DNA of 38,641 bases from Ferroacidibacillus organovorans (GTDB taxonomy: Bacteria; Bacillota; Bacilli; Alicyclobacillales; SLC66), in assembly GCF_001642725.1 (NCBI RefSeq), contig NZ_LSUQ01000023.1:1-38641 (forward strand), given 5' to 3'. Within the stretch, counting starts at the first letter, position 1. Every line of letters starts with the position of its first letter. This document shows positions 1 through 8,918 of this stretch, one piece after another. The notes under the pieces were generated by a model. That model did not search any database. It was not told the DNA's origin and was given only the letters and a program-made list of their open reading frames with translations. Position numbers and translations under genes: made by a program.

Positions 1-2214
1 GAGCGGGCGCAACGTGTTGTTTGCCAAGATCATGTGCCCCGCTTCAAGCGCGAGATCCGCGCTCGCGCCCATCGCGACGCCGAGATTCGCTTCGACGAGC
101 GCCGGAGCGTCATTTATGCCATCTCCGACAAAACACACCTGTGTCCCCTCTTTTTTAAGTGCAGCAACGAGTCGCGCCTTATCGAGCGGCGTCTGTCGCG
201 CGTACCACTGCGTGATCCCTAATTGATCCGCGATGTGCGCCACCGCTTGTGGATGATCTCCACTTGCCAGCAAAATTTTGCACCCATCTCGTTTGAGGGT
301 TTCGATGACAGCGCGCGCCTCAGGTCGAATCTCACTTCCAAACGAGAGGATGGCCTTCACGTCATCATCAATGATGACGTAAGAAACCGTACTGCCCGCG
401 GCAGACCATGTTTGACACGTTTTCTGAAAACGTTGTGACACAGGGCACGCGAGGGGTGTGGCGCCAACTTTTACAGAGTGCCCCCGTACGGTCGCGTGAA
501 CCCCCCACCCGCCCACTTCGCAAAACGAAGCTACCGGGTGCAATTCGCACGCCTGATCATGTGCAAAGCGAAGGAGTGCGTCGGCGATTGGGTGTTGTGT
601 GGGGTACTCTGCGGACGCGGCCAAATTGAGCCAGGATGCAGTCGGCCTGTTCCCAGACGAACCCTCTGCCTTTTGCAAATCGACGTCGTCCGTGCACTGA
701 TAGGCCGTGACTGTCACTCGCCCAGTCGTCAGCGTTCCCGTTTTGTCAAAAAGAACAGCGGAGACTTTTTTCGCGCGCTCCATCGCGTCTTGACTGCGCA
801 GGAGAACACCGTGCTTCGCCAAGGCCTGCGCCCCGCTGAGCAACGCCACAGGCGTTGCGATACTCAGCGCGCATGGGCAACCGATGACCAATACTGAAAT
901 GGCGCGCAACCACGCGCTCGCGAGTGGGAGATGCGCGACGAAGAACCCGTAGACAAACGTAATCACGCCAAGCGTGAGTACCGCCGGAACAAAAATCACG
1001 ACAATGCGCTGCGCCAGATGGTTCCATGTTGACGTGGACGCCTGAGCGCGCCGCACGTAGTCGGCCGATTGGGAAAGCAGCGTCTCTTTGGCGCGCACCA
1101 CTTCGACGATCACGTCTGCGCCGTAGTGTGTCGTCCCCGCGTAAAGCAGATCGCGCACCCCTTTACTCACGCGTGTTCCTTCTCCCGTGAGTATCGCCTC
1201 ATCCACATCGCTCGCGCCGGAGACGATGCGCCCATCAACAGGAATAATCTCGCCTGAGCGGATGAGAACATGGTCATGCTCGCACACGCGCTCAACTGCG
1301 ATCCATTCTTCACGCATCCCCTGTTTGCGGCGCGCCTCGGTCGGCAGAATCTTTTGGACCATCTGTAAAACCGTCAGTGCGCGCTGTTTCGCCCCTGCCT
1401 CAAGGACGCGGCTCAGGAGAAGAAACGTAATCAATAACCCTGCGGTGTCAAAATAAAGGTAATCACCATTTAAGCGCAAACTGACGCAACTGTAGACAAA
1501 CGCAGACAAGCTCCCGATACTGACAAGCAGATCCATCGTGGGAACACCACGCGAAACGCTCGTCCACGCTCCGCGCAAAAACGGCCATCCGCTATAAAAA
1601 ATGGTAGGGATCGCAAGCGCAAGCAACCCGTACGATAGCGTCAACGCGAGAGGCTTTGAAAAAAGCGGGAGATCCCCTGACCAGACGGGAATACTCAGCA
1701 TCATCATGAAAAAGGTGAGAACAAGGGCAAGTGCAAGCCGTTTTCGCAAATCGAGCACGTTCAACGCATCCGCCTCATCTGCAATCACTCGCTGCAAGAC
1801 CGGATAGCCGAGCTTCTTTATCTCCGACGCAATCGTCGTGTCATCCAGGCGCTCTGCATCGTACATCACCTCCGCGAGCGATTGCACGTAGTCTGTTTTT
1901 ACAGAGAGGATCCCTTCGCGACGGCTCAACACATGCTGAATCAGTGTGCAGCACGATGGACAGAAAACGCCAGAGAGGGACAATCTTACAGTCTGCGGCG
2001 ATCCAGCGGATGACAAGGAACCAGACTCTTTGCGAACAGGCAGTTGGCTCAAAACATCAAAGCGAAAGCCTGGCTCACGCTTTAGACGCTCCACCTCTTT
2101 GGCGCCGAGCAATTCAAAGAGTTGCAGGCAAGCATGGCAACAAAACACACGCTTATCGCGGGGAATCGGTCGCACGATGGGCTGCTCACACAAGTCACAC
2201 GTTAGAATAGCCAT
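1..2214 (-). CDS. Heavy-metal (Cu) translocating P1B-type ATPase, CcoI/FixI-like; 3' end runs off the window
   Basis: Not in the ORF track because there is no stop in the window. Manual minus-strand translation from ATG 2214: MAILTCDLCEQPI...VFCCHAC (N-terminal Cys cluster of CcoI type), HMA motif GVFCPSCC, LTGE, VIGCPCAL, FDKTGTLT, VGDGINDAPA. Confidence 0.93.
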   Translation of the reverse strand, partial: MAILTCDLCEQPIVRPIPRDKRVFCCHACLQLFELLGAKEVERLKREPGFRFDVLSQLPVRKESGSLSSAGSPQTVRLSLSGVFCPSCCTLIQHVLSRREGILSVKTDYVQSLAEVMYDAERLDDTTIASEIKKLGYPVLQRVIADEADALNVLDLRKRLALALVLTFFMMMLSIPVWSGDLPLFSKPLALTLSYGLLALAIPTIFYSGWPFLRGAWTSVSRGVPTMDLLVSIGSLSAFVYSCVSLRLNGDYLYFDTAGLLITFLLLSRVLEAGAKQRALTVLQMVQKILPTEARRKQGMREEWIAVERVCEHDHVLIRSGEIIPVDGRIVSGASDVDEAILTGEGTRVSKGVRDLLYAGTTHYGADVIVEVVRAKETLLSQSADYVRRAQASTSTWNHLAQRIVVIFVPAVLTLGVITFVYGFFVAHLPLASAWLRAISVLVIGCPCALSIATPVALLSGAQALAKHGVLLRSQDAMERAKKVSAVLFDKTGTLTTGRVTVTAYQCTDDVDLQKAEGSSGNRPTASWLNLAASAEYPTQHPIADALLRFAHDQACELHPVASFCEVGGWGVHATVRGHSVKVGATPLACPVSQRFQKTCQTWSAAGSTVSYVIIDDDVKAILSFGSEIRPEARAVIETLKRDGCKILLASGDHPQAVAHIADQLGITQWYARQTPLDKARLVAALKKEGTQVCFVGDGINDAPALVEANLGVAMGASADLALEAGHMILANNTLRPL

Positions 2215-2945
2215 GCATTCACACTCGGGATCCAGTGATTCATCGCAAGTCCCCTCAAAATAAACAGAATGCCACTGCACGTCATCACGGTGGCGGACAC
2301 GTTCGCAAAAATTCTTCCCTGCAAGCGCTTCTTCCCGTACCAACCGATGATGGCAACCGCAAGAAGCGAGGGAACCGTCCCCAATCCAAACGCGAGCAAG
2401 CTGAGCCCGCCTGCGAGAGCAGAACCGGTCGCTGACGCGGCCAATAACAACGCAAACATAAGCCCGCAGGGGTGCAAACCGAGCAGCGTGCCGGAGAAAA
2501 AGGCGTAGCCTGCTGAGGTTCTCTGCATTCCTTCTCGCAGCACACGCTGAATCGGCTTCCACGAGAGGATGGACCAGCGCTCAATGAACCCACCACCGTG
2601 CCCCGTGCGAAACTCGTCCACTGCCCAACCGATCATGAGAATTCCCCCCACAAGCCCTGAGATCGCTTCGATTCCCGTCGCGCTGCGAAGGGTGTTTAAA
2701 AAGGATCCCATCTCCCCAAACACTGCGCCAAGACACATAAAAGCGGTCACACGTCCCAGATTGTGCAGCAACTGACTTTTTAGAAACGCGACCAAAATAA
2801 AATGTGGTGAAGCGCCTTGCTCCGCTTTGACGCGCGCTCCTAAGCTGTATGCGAGAACGAACGGCCCGCACATTCCCGAACAGTGGAGAAACCCCTGAAT
2901 AAACCCGATCAAAAGCGCCCCACTCATCAGCATATAAAGCTGCAT
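2202..2945 (-). CDS. DsbD_2 / TauE-SafE-like membrane protein, probable oxidase Cu/thiol maturation factor
   Basis: HCSGMCGP and LHPCGL motifs, about 6-7 TM helices, GGAGG RBS, overlaps the ATPase start. Confidence 0.85.
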   Translation of the reverse strand: MQLYMLMSGALLIGFIQGFLHCSGMCGPFVLAYSLGARVKAEQGASPHFILVAFLKSQLLHNLGRVTAFMCLGAVFGEMGSFLNTLRSATGIEAISGLVGGILMIGWAVDEFRTGHGGGFIERWSILSWKPIQRVLREGMQRTSAGYAFFSGTLLGLHPCGLMFALLLAASATGSALAGGLSLLAFGLGTVPSLLAVAIIGWYGKKRLQGRIFANVSATVMTCSGILFILRGLAMNHWIPSVNAWLF

Positions 2946-2973
2946 GTAAACCCACCTCCGCCTACCGCACGGT

Positions 2974-3558
2974 TTACCAACTGCTACTCGCCAGAATGTT
3001 TGTTAGCATCATAAAAACCAGCACCGTTTGAAAAAGCAACGCAAGCCACAAACGATTCGGGAGCAGTATGCTCCACGCGCTACCCGTGAGAAATCCCGTG
3101 AGAACGAGTGAGAGATTCGCTTCGACAAAAAGCCAGATGTGTCCATCAAGAAACGCATTGAGTGTCGGAAGTGTCCACAAGGGCACCGGGAGCATGCCTA
3201 AAAAGACAATGCAGGCGGCGATAGAGCGCAGGAGTTCCTTACGCTTTGTTTCTGCCGTTTTAGGCAGCAACGTGCGCAGCAGCGTCTCTCCGACACGACG
3301 CGTGGAAATCGGTAACGACAGACCCACGATGACACCGCAAAGTGCGAGTGCAAAATAGACAATCGCGTGAGGTAAGACCACCGCGCGGCGGTCTGCTTGC
3401 GTGATCAGAAAATCCACTTGGCGCGATACGGCTGCGATAAAGATCATCAGCGCGATCGTGCGCCACATGAGAATCGTCTTTGACCTCACCCAGTCAAACG
3501 AGGTTGTGATGGATAGCGCGCGCTTAGGAATGGACTTCGATGGAATCGCTTTGCTCAT
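2974..3558 (-). CDS. Hypothetical membrane protein (about 5 TM)
   Basis: Hydrophobic ORF inside the operon. ATG at 3558 follows a GAGGTG RBS; the ORF track start is 3567. Confidence 0.65.
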   Translation of the reverse strand: MSKAIPSKSIPKRALSITTSFDWVRSKTILMWRTIALMIFIAAVSRQVDFLITQADRRAVVLPHAIVYFALALCGVIVGLSLPISTRRVGETLLRTLLPKTAETKRKELLRSIAACIVFLGMLPVPLWTLPTLNAFLDGHIWLFVEANLSLVLTGFLTGSAWSILLPNRLWLALLFQTVLVFMMLTNILASSSW

Positions 3559-3943
3559 AGAGGGCACCTCTTATCGCGAGTAAAAAATGGATCGTCCACC
3601 TTCCCCGCATCGTAAATAGCACATCTCCTTCATAGCGTTCGGGTGCGACCGGACGCATCACAGCTTCCACCGCCGGCATGCTCATGCCTAGCATCGTTGC
3701 TCTCACGCGCACCGATTGAATCTGCGTACGACGCATCTCCGACGGCAGTCGTACGCTGATCCGCACGCGCACCCATCTCAACTCGTAAAGTTTTGCAGGA
3801 AAACGGAGCAGTGTGACGCGGATTCCCTCTTTTTGAGCAGGGACGGCACTGGGGAGCGCATCCTGGAAATTTCCACAACCGAGCAAACCGCTCATCACGA
3901 GGGCGATGGAAAGGATCGACTGAAGCTTTACATCCCTCATCAT
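3524..3943 (-). CDS. YtkA/FixH-like lipoprotein (Cu delivery to oxidase)
   Basis: Lipobox LLGC. Motifs TMLGMSMP and YEGDVLFTMRGRWTI are typical of YtkA-like domains. Confidence 0.8.
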   Translation of the reverse strand: MMRDVKLQSILSIALVMSGLLGCGNFQDALPSAVPAQKEGIRVTLLRFPAKLYELRWVRVRISVRLPSEMRRTQIQSVRVRATMLGMSMPAVEAVMRPVAPERYEGDVLFTMRGRWTIHFLLAIRGALYEQSDSIEVHS

Positions 3944-4006
3944 CTCCCGGCATCGCTCCCACAAATCTGGTTAGACAGTCAACAAATTGCTTAGCTGGAA
4001 CTTCAT

Positions 4007-4037
4007 GCATACCTTTTACGTTTGCAGATCATATTAT
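4007..4037 (+). promoter_or_regulatory. Putative sporulation sigma (sigG/sigE-type) promoter for the cupredoxin-cox operon
   Basis: GCATA-N18-CATATTAT matches the B. subtilis sigG consensus (GnATA-N17/18-CATnnTA). Confidence 0.4.
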
Positions 4038-4075
4038 CCCTAAACCAGATCGAAAGAGGTGAGATTCTCAAAGAG

Positions 4076-4606
4076 ATGAAAACGAAATCAAGATGGATGA
4101 TCGGCGCGATGACAAGCGCGCTGTTGCTGACAGGTTGTGATGCGCAAATTCAGAGCAACCCGTCATCTTTGATGGTGACAGACGCTGCGACACAGACCGT
4201 CAATCTTTTTCTCTCAATGGCGCGGCACAGCGAAAACCTCTCTGCCAATTTTAACGGCTATGCAAACGGCCAACTGGTCATTACCGTACCTGTCGGATAC
4301 ACCGTGGCGCTTCACGTGACGAATGACGGAGGAATCCCATATGACATAGGCGTTTACGATGCGGCACAGCACGTCGCCTTTGCCGGATCTGCGCTCTCCA
4401 TCTCCGATTTGGAGAACAATCCCACGGCAGGCATCATGCCAGGCAACTCGCAGACCCTTCGCTTTGTCGCGAATCGCGTCGGCAATTTCCGTTTAGAAAA
4501 CATGCTGTATCGCTACCCAACCCACGCCCCAACCCATGAACCGCTTGGCATGTGGGCACAGTTTCGCGTGGTCTCGTCAGGCGTGCCGAGTGTTCAAGTT
4601 GAGTAA
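4076..4606 (+). CDS. Sulfocyanin (SoxE)-like cupredoxin-fold lipoprotein lacking the type-1 Cu cysteine
   Basis: Lipobox LLTGC, sulfocyanin signature NFNGYANGQLVITVPVG, C-terminal GMW. The only Cys is the lipobox Cys. Confidence 0.8.
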   Translation: MKTKSRWMIGAMTSALLLTGCDAQIQSNPSSLMVTDAATQTVNLFLSMARHSENLSANFNGYANGQLVITVPVGYTVALHVTNDGGIPYDIGVYDAAQHVAFAGSALSISDLENNPTAGIMPGNSQTLRFVANRVGNFRLENMLYRYPTHAPTHEPLGMWAQFRVVSSGVPSVQVE

Positions 4607-4667
4607 GGGGTTTTGACGTACGTGAGGATGATCGATAGGACGATTGAAAAGTTCGGAGGGTTTACGT

Positions 4668-5300
4668 ATGCAGGAGGATTCTTCACTGCGACGAGTTGAT
4701 CCATCAAGACGCGACCCACACTGGAGCGCAACCACGTTTTTTGTCGTTCTCGGTTTGGTCGTCTTGATCAGTATCCTCTCGCTTTTTTTGAAACGGCCCA
4801 TAAGTGATGCGACCGCCGCGATGACAGGCACAACGCTAAATGAGCCAGTCACGCAGATTGAGCAATATGACTATGGTTTCGAACCACACCACATCACGTG
4901 GCGGGCAGGTGACCAGGTAACCATCTCACTTCACAACCGCAGCACAACACACTGGCATGAGATGATGCTCGGCCGCGGCTACGACTATACGCCTTCCGCA
5001 TTTGGTCCGATCGCAACACAGTTTGACACTGATTTTTGGAACGGCATCCATGTCACGTTCAGCGGTGCAAACCATGTTGACAACTTGTGTGTCAACAAAG
5101 CGATCGCTAAATTTATCGGCCCGATGCCAAACATCGTGACGGGCGGGAATTTTAGTCCAACACTGCAACCAGGCGGCAGTCTCAACATGACATTTACAGT
5201 GCCGAATAAACCGGGGACATGGCACTACGGGTGCTTCGTGCAACAGTACGTGCATTACATGGCAGGGATGCGGGGAACCATTACCATTTTGCCAAGGTGA
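4668..5300 (+). CDS. Membrane-anchored cupredoxin, AcoP (Cup)-like
   Basis: N-terminal TM helix. Type-1 Cu ligands in HWHEMMLG and FTVPNKPGTWHYGCFVQQYVHYMAGMRG, closely resembling remembered Acidithiobacillus AcoP. GGAGG RBS before ATG 4668. Confidence 0.85.
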   Translation: MQEDSSLRRVDPSRRDPHWSATTFFVVLGLVVLISILSLFLKRPISDATAAMTGTTLNEPVTQIEQYDYGFEPHHITWRAGDQVTISLHNRSTTHWHEMMLGRGYDYTPSAFGPIATQFDTDFWNGIHVTFSGANHVDNLCVNKAIAKFIGPMPNIVTGGNFSPTLQPGGSLNMTFTVPNKPGTWHYGCFVQQYVHYMAGMRGTITILPR

Positions 5301-5348
5301 AGATTCGGCAACGCATTACCGTTTCATGTACATGAAAGAGAAGTAGGG

Positions 5349-6146
5349 GTGAACATGATCGATATTCTACTGTTTGCATTCTTTTGGCTGATCGCAACGC
5401 TCCTTGGTGAGTGGGGGGTTCACGCCATGGAGGCGCGCGGGTTGTATTATAGCGCAGCCACATCGCAGGCGCTCGATGGCGAAAAAGCGGTTGCTTTCAT
5501 CCTGACGATGCTCGTTCCGGTCATCGCGTTTGTCGTGGTGATGTTGATCTACACGGCGATCCGATTTCGTTCGCGAAAATCACTTCAGTTTCGCGACAAC
5601 AAAGTGTTTATCGGCATCTGGGTTTTGTTCAGTATCGCGCTAAATATTCTATTCTTTGTGCACCCTTCTGCTTCAGCGCTAGAACAGATGTTTAACAATG
5701 AAGAGGCTCGTTTGAATCGTCACGATCTGATTGTCAATGTCACGGCACGCCAGTGGGAGTGGATCTTCAGCTATCCGCAATACGGAATTCAAACCGCTGA
5801 AGACAGCAACGGCAACAGCACACTGTATTTGCCAGTCAACCAAAATGTGCGTTTTGTTTTACGTTCCTATGACCCATACCACACGTATGATCCGAATGGG
5901 GCTGTGATACACGATTTCTGGATTCCGGCATTCGGGCTAAAGCAAGACATCATTCCGGGAGAAACGCGTCTCGAGTACGTTCACACGAACAAGATCACAT
6001 CGTACGACGTCGATCCGATGGTTCGGGTGCAATGCGCGGAAGTATGCGGTCCAGGCCATCCCTTCATGGAGGCGCCAGTGCATGTCGTTTCCTCCTCCGA
6101 TTTTATGAAGTGGGTACAAGCTCAGCGCAAACTCGAAGCATCCTGA
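5349..6146 (+). CDS. coxB: Cytochrome c oxidase subunit II (CuA), no fused cytochrome c
   Basis: ARQWEWIFSYP, VIHDFWIP and the CuA motif CAEVCGPGHPFM. Confidence 0.95.
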   Translation: MNMIDILLFAFFWLIATLLGEWGVHAMEARGLYYSAATSQALDGEKAVAFILTMLVPVIAFVVVMLIYTAIRFRSRKSLQFRDNKVFIGIWVLFSIALNILFFVHPSASALEQMFNNEEARLNRHDLIVNVTARQWEWIFSYPQYGIQTAEDSNGNSTLYLPVNQNVRFVLRSYDPYHTYDPNGAVIHDFWIPAFGLKQDIIPGETRLEYVHTNKITSYDVDPMVRVQCAEVCGPGHPFMEAPVHVVSSSDFMKWVQAQRKLEAS

Positions 6147-6200
6147 TGATTCATAGAAAGATTCATCAGGAACAATTCCCCTAAATAAAGGAGCATTTGG

Positions 6201-8069
6201 ATGAGCGCTAATGCTGCGGGACTAAGCGGTGTGGATACCGCAAACCGCCAAAGACGGCGAATAGCTCCGCCTGTTATTCGCGGACTGTTATGGGCTGCCA
6301 TCGGATTTCTCGTCTTTAATACGCTGGTGAGCCAAGTCATTGATCGACAACCGTATGACCCATTTGTCACGCGCGTCTCCGCAACAGTCGGATGGGCTGC
6401 CGCAGTCATTGGCTGGTTGCTTGGCGTCGGTGCGTGGGAAGTGATTGTTCGCCCCTTTTTCGGCCACCCTGTAGAGTGGGACATCCCGAATGATTGGCGC
6501 CGCTACTTCATGTTCAGCACAGATCACAAAGTGGTTGGTCTTCAATACATTTTCACGACCACGGGGAGTTTTCTTCTGGCTGGATTGGCTGCCATGATGA
6601 TGCGGATGGAATTGATGAACGCAAAACTGTGGGTTTTCACAAATCCGGGCGCTTATCTGACAACCGTCGGCATTCACGGCACCGTCATGATGTTTTCTGT
6701 CGGAACGGTCGCATTGGTCGGAGGTTTCGCAAACTATTTCATTCCGCTAATGATGGGTTCTAACTCATCCGCCTATCCGCGCATGTCAGGACTCAGCCAC
6801 TGGCTGCTTCCGGCAGGTATCGCCACTGTATTTCTCAGTCCACTGCTCGGACAGTGGACAACCGGTTGGCGCGCTTATGCGCCATTGTCAGGGCAAGATC
6901 CGTCAGGGATCGTGTTTTACTATCTTGGAGTGTTTGCGATGACCACGTCATCCCTGCTCGTGGCGATCAATCTGACCGCGACCATCATCTTCAATCGTGC
7001 GCCCGGACTCACCTGGAATCGGCTACCGATGTTTGGGTGGGGAATTCTCGCGGTTAGTCTGCTCACCATTATTTGGGTGCCTGAGATTCAAATGACGTTT
7101 ATCATTTCTCTCCTCAACTTGATCGTACCCTTTTCACTTTTTGAGCAAACCGGCTCACCGCTCACCTATATGGAGTCGTTTTGGCTTTTCGGTCACCCGG
7201 AGGTATACATCATCGTCGTTCCAGCATTCGCGCTGTGGCAGGAGATCATCCCTGTCATGGGTCAAAAAACGTTGTTTGCAAGACAGTGGGGCGTGCTCGG
7301 CCTCGTGTTTGTCATGCTGTTCAGCGGTCTGGTTTGGGCGCATCACATGTTTACAAACATGCGCAACAGCGAGATGCTTCCGTTTTCCTTTTTTACAGAG
7401 ATGATCTCGATTCCGACTGGTTTCTCTTATCTGGTCGTACTCGGCACGCTGTGGGGGGCAAGACTAAAGTTCAGTACGCCTACTCTTTTCGTGCTGATGA
7501 GCATGTTCAATTTTCTCATCGGGGGGATCACGGGCGTTCTCTTGGCCGACCCTGTCATCAATCTGCAAACACACGACACCTTTTTTGTCTTATCTCACTT
7601 TCACTACACCGTGATTGGCTCTATGGTCTTCACGTGGCTCGCTGCAGCCTATTACTGGCTCCCTAAATTGTCCGGGCGCATGTACAACGAAACCCTAGGT
7701 AAATTGGGCGCAATCTGGGTATTTATCGCATTCAACTCAGCGTTTGGACAAATGTTCTTCGTTGGACTTCGCGGCATGAATCGCTGGGTTGCAGTCTACC
7801 CACAGTATCTACAAAACATGAATTTTTCAATTTCCATGTTTGCCTTTTTACTGGGATTGGGATTCCTGTTTAACTTTGTGCATATCACATGGATGTGGAA
7901 TAAAGGGAAGCCAGTTGGGCAAAATCCGTGGAATGGCAAAACTTTAGAGTGGTTTGGCACACCAAAACCTGGGATTGCCACGTTCAGCCCACTTCCGCAC
8001 GTTGAGACAGGCTTTTACGATTACAGCGAAAACACGCCACCAACACCATCACCGCCAAAAAGGATGTGA
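6201..8069 (+). CDS. coxA: Heme-copper oxidase subunit I, A1 type, with N-terminal 2-TM extension
   Basis: TDHK, IHG, WLFGHPEVY, WAHHMF and SHFHY motifs; 622 aa. Confidence 0.97.
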   Translation: MSANAAGLSGVDTANRQRRRIAPPVIRGLLWAAIGFLVFNTLVSQVIDRQPYDPFVTRVSATVGWAAAVIGWLLGVGAWEVIVRPFFGHPVEWDIPNDWRRYFMFSTDHKVVGLQYIFTTTGSFLLAGLAAMMMRMELMNAKLWVFTNPGAYLTTVGIHGTVMMFSVGTVALVGGFANYFIPLMMGSNSSAYPRMSGLSHWLLPAGIATVFLSPLLGQWTTGWRAYAPLSGQDPSGIVFYYLGVFAMTTSSLLVAINLTATIIFNRAPGLTWNRLPMFGWGILAVSLLTIIWVPEIQMTFIISLLNLIVPFSLFEQTGSPLTYMESFWLFGHPEVYIIVVPAFALWQEIIPVMGQKTLFARQWGVLGLVFVMLFSGLVWAHHMFTNMRNSEMLPFSFFTEMISIPTGFSYLVVLGTLWGARLKFSTPTLFVLMSMFNFLIGGITGVLLADPVINLQTHDTFFVLSHFHYTVIGSMVFTWLAAAYYWLPKLSGRMYNETLGKLGAIWVFIAFNSAFGQMFFVGLRGMNRWVAVYPQYLQNMNFSISMFAFLLGLGFLFNFVHITWMWNKGKPVGQNPWNGKTLEWFGTPKPGIATFSPLPHVETGFYDYSENTPPTPSPPKRM

Positions 8070-8656
8070 TCAAAATGTCCAGTCATAACACCTACACAAA
8101 AACCTCATTACGGATAGGGCCACTGTCCGAGCGCGATTTGAGGAAAAATCGCTTCGGTATGAGCTTATATTGCATTTCGCAAGCGGTACCCTACTTCTTG
8201 CTTATCAATATTCGCTTTGTGATTGCCGGGAATTTCGTACCTGTCGGCCTGAATCTGTGGTTGGGAGGAATCATTCCGACCGTCGCGCTACTCGTCGGAA
8301 TCATCCCGCTTTTCACCGCGCGCGCTGCATTGCAAAAAGACGACATTCCACGCGTTCGCAGCCATGTCATGACTGCGATGCTTCTTGGCTTGATCGGTCT
8401 GCTCAGCCTGCTGTTCCCACTCTGGTTTCACAATTTTGATGCGCTGAGCCCATTTGGAGAGATTGATCTGATCTCACTCGGTGTCGCCAGCTTCTACACC
8501 ATAATTGCTCTGATCGTCGCCTGGGGCGTCTATCTTCGTCTCGGTAAAGGGCTCATCCGAAAAGAGACCGGTTGGGGCATCGAAGCGACCATTTGGGTCT
8601 ATGCGTTTAATGCGATCGCCTGGACTGCGCTTTTCTTCACGCTCGATCTCTTGTAA
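8066..8656 (+). CDS. coxC: Cytochrome c oxidase subunit III (short, 5 TM)
   Basis: Follows coxA with overlap, hydrophobic 5-TM pattern, resembles the short Acidithiobacillus CoxC. Alternative ATG at 8075. Confidence 0.8.
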   Translation: MIKMSSHNTYTKTSLRIGPLSERDLRKNRFGMSLYCISQAVPYFLLINIRFVIAGNFVPVGLNLWLGGIIPTVALLVGIIPLFTARAALQKDDIPRVRSHVMTAMLLGLIGLLSLLFPLWFHNFDALSPFGEIDLISLGVASFYTIIALIVAWGVYLRLGKGLIRKETGWGIEATIWVYAFNAIAWTALFFTLDLL

Positions 8657-8708
8657 GGCGTATCCGCTCCTCTCCGTACAATCGAGCACCTAAGGAGTGA
8701 ATTTATTT

Positions 8709-8903
8709 ATGAGATGGCCAACCGCCCCCTTTTATATTCCGTACAGCCCAGGTATGCCGGACTGGTGGGATCTTGTTTGGTGGGTCTTTCAACTCGGCAT
8801 CATGTCCTTGCTGCTCTGGTTTTTAGCAACCGTAGCGATGCGAGTCGATCGCGACTTTGTCAAGACTGGGCAGTCGCACGATCTGCAAGACGACGATGTT
8901 TAA
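8709..8903 (+). CDS. Small single-TM protein, probable oxidase subunit IV (CoxD-like)
   Basis: 64-aa ORF with AAGGAG RBS directly after coxC and one TM helix. Assignment rests on position and size only. Confidence 0.6.
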   Translation: MRWPTAPFYIPYSPGMPDWWDLVWWVFQLGIMSLLLWFLATVAMRVDRDFVKTGQSHDLQDDDV

Positions 8904-8918
8904 GGAGGTTCAGGAACG

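Noticed and set aside
14..2263. Many plus-strand ORFs (e.g. 478-897, 1731-2210)
   Set aside because: They are antisense shadows of the minus-strand P-type ATPase, which the ORF track missed because it has no stop in the window.
4076..5300. Calling either cupredoxin rusticyanin
   Set aside because: One has the sulfocyanin NFNG signature without a Cys and the other has AcoP-type motifs; neither shows the rusticyanin YxCxxPGHAxxGM loop.
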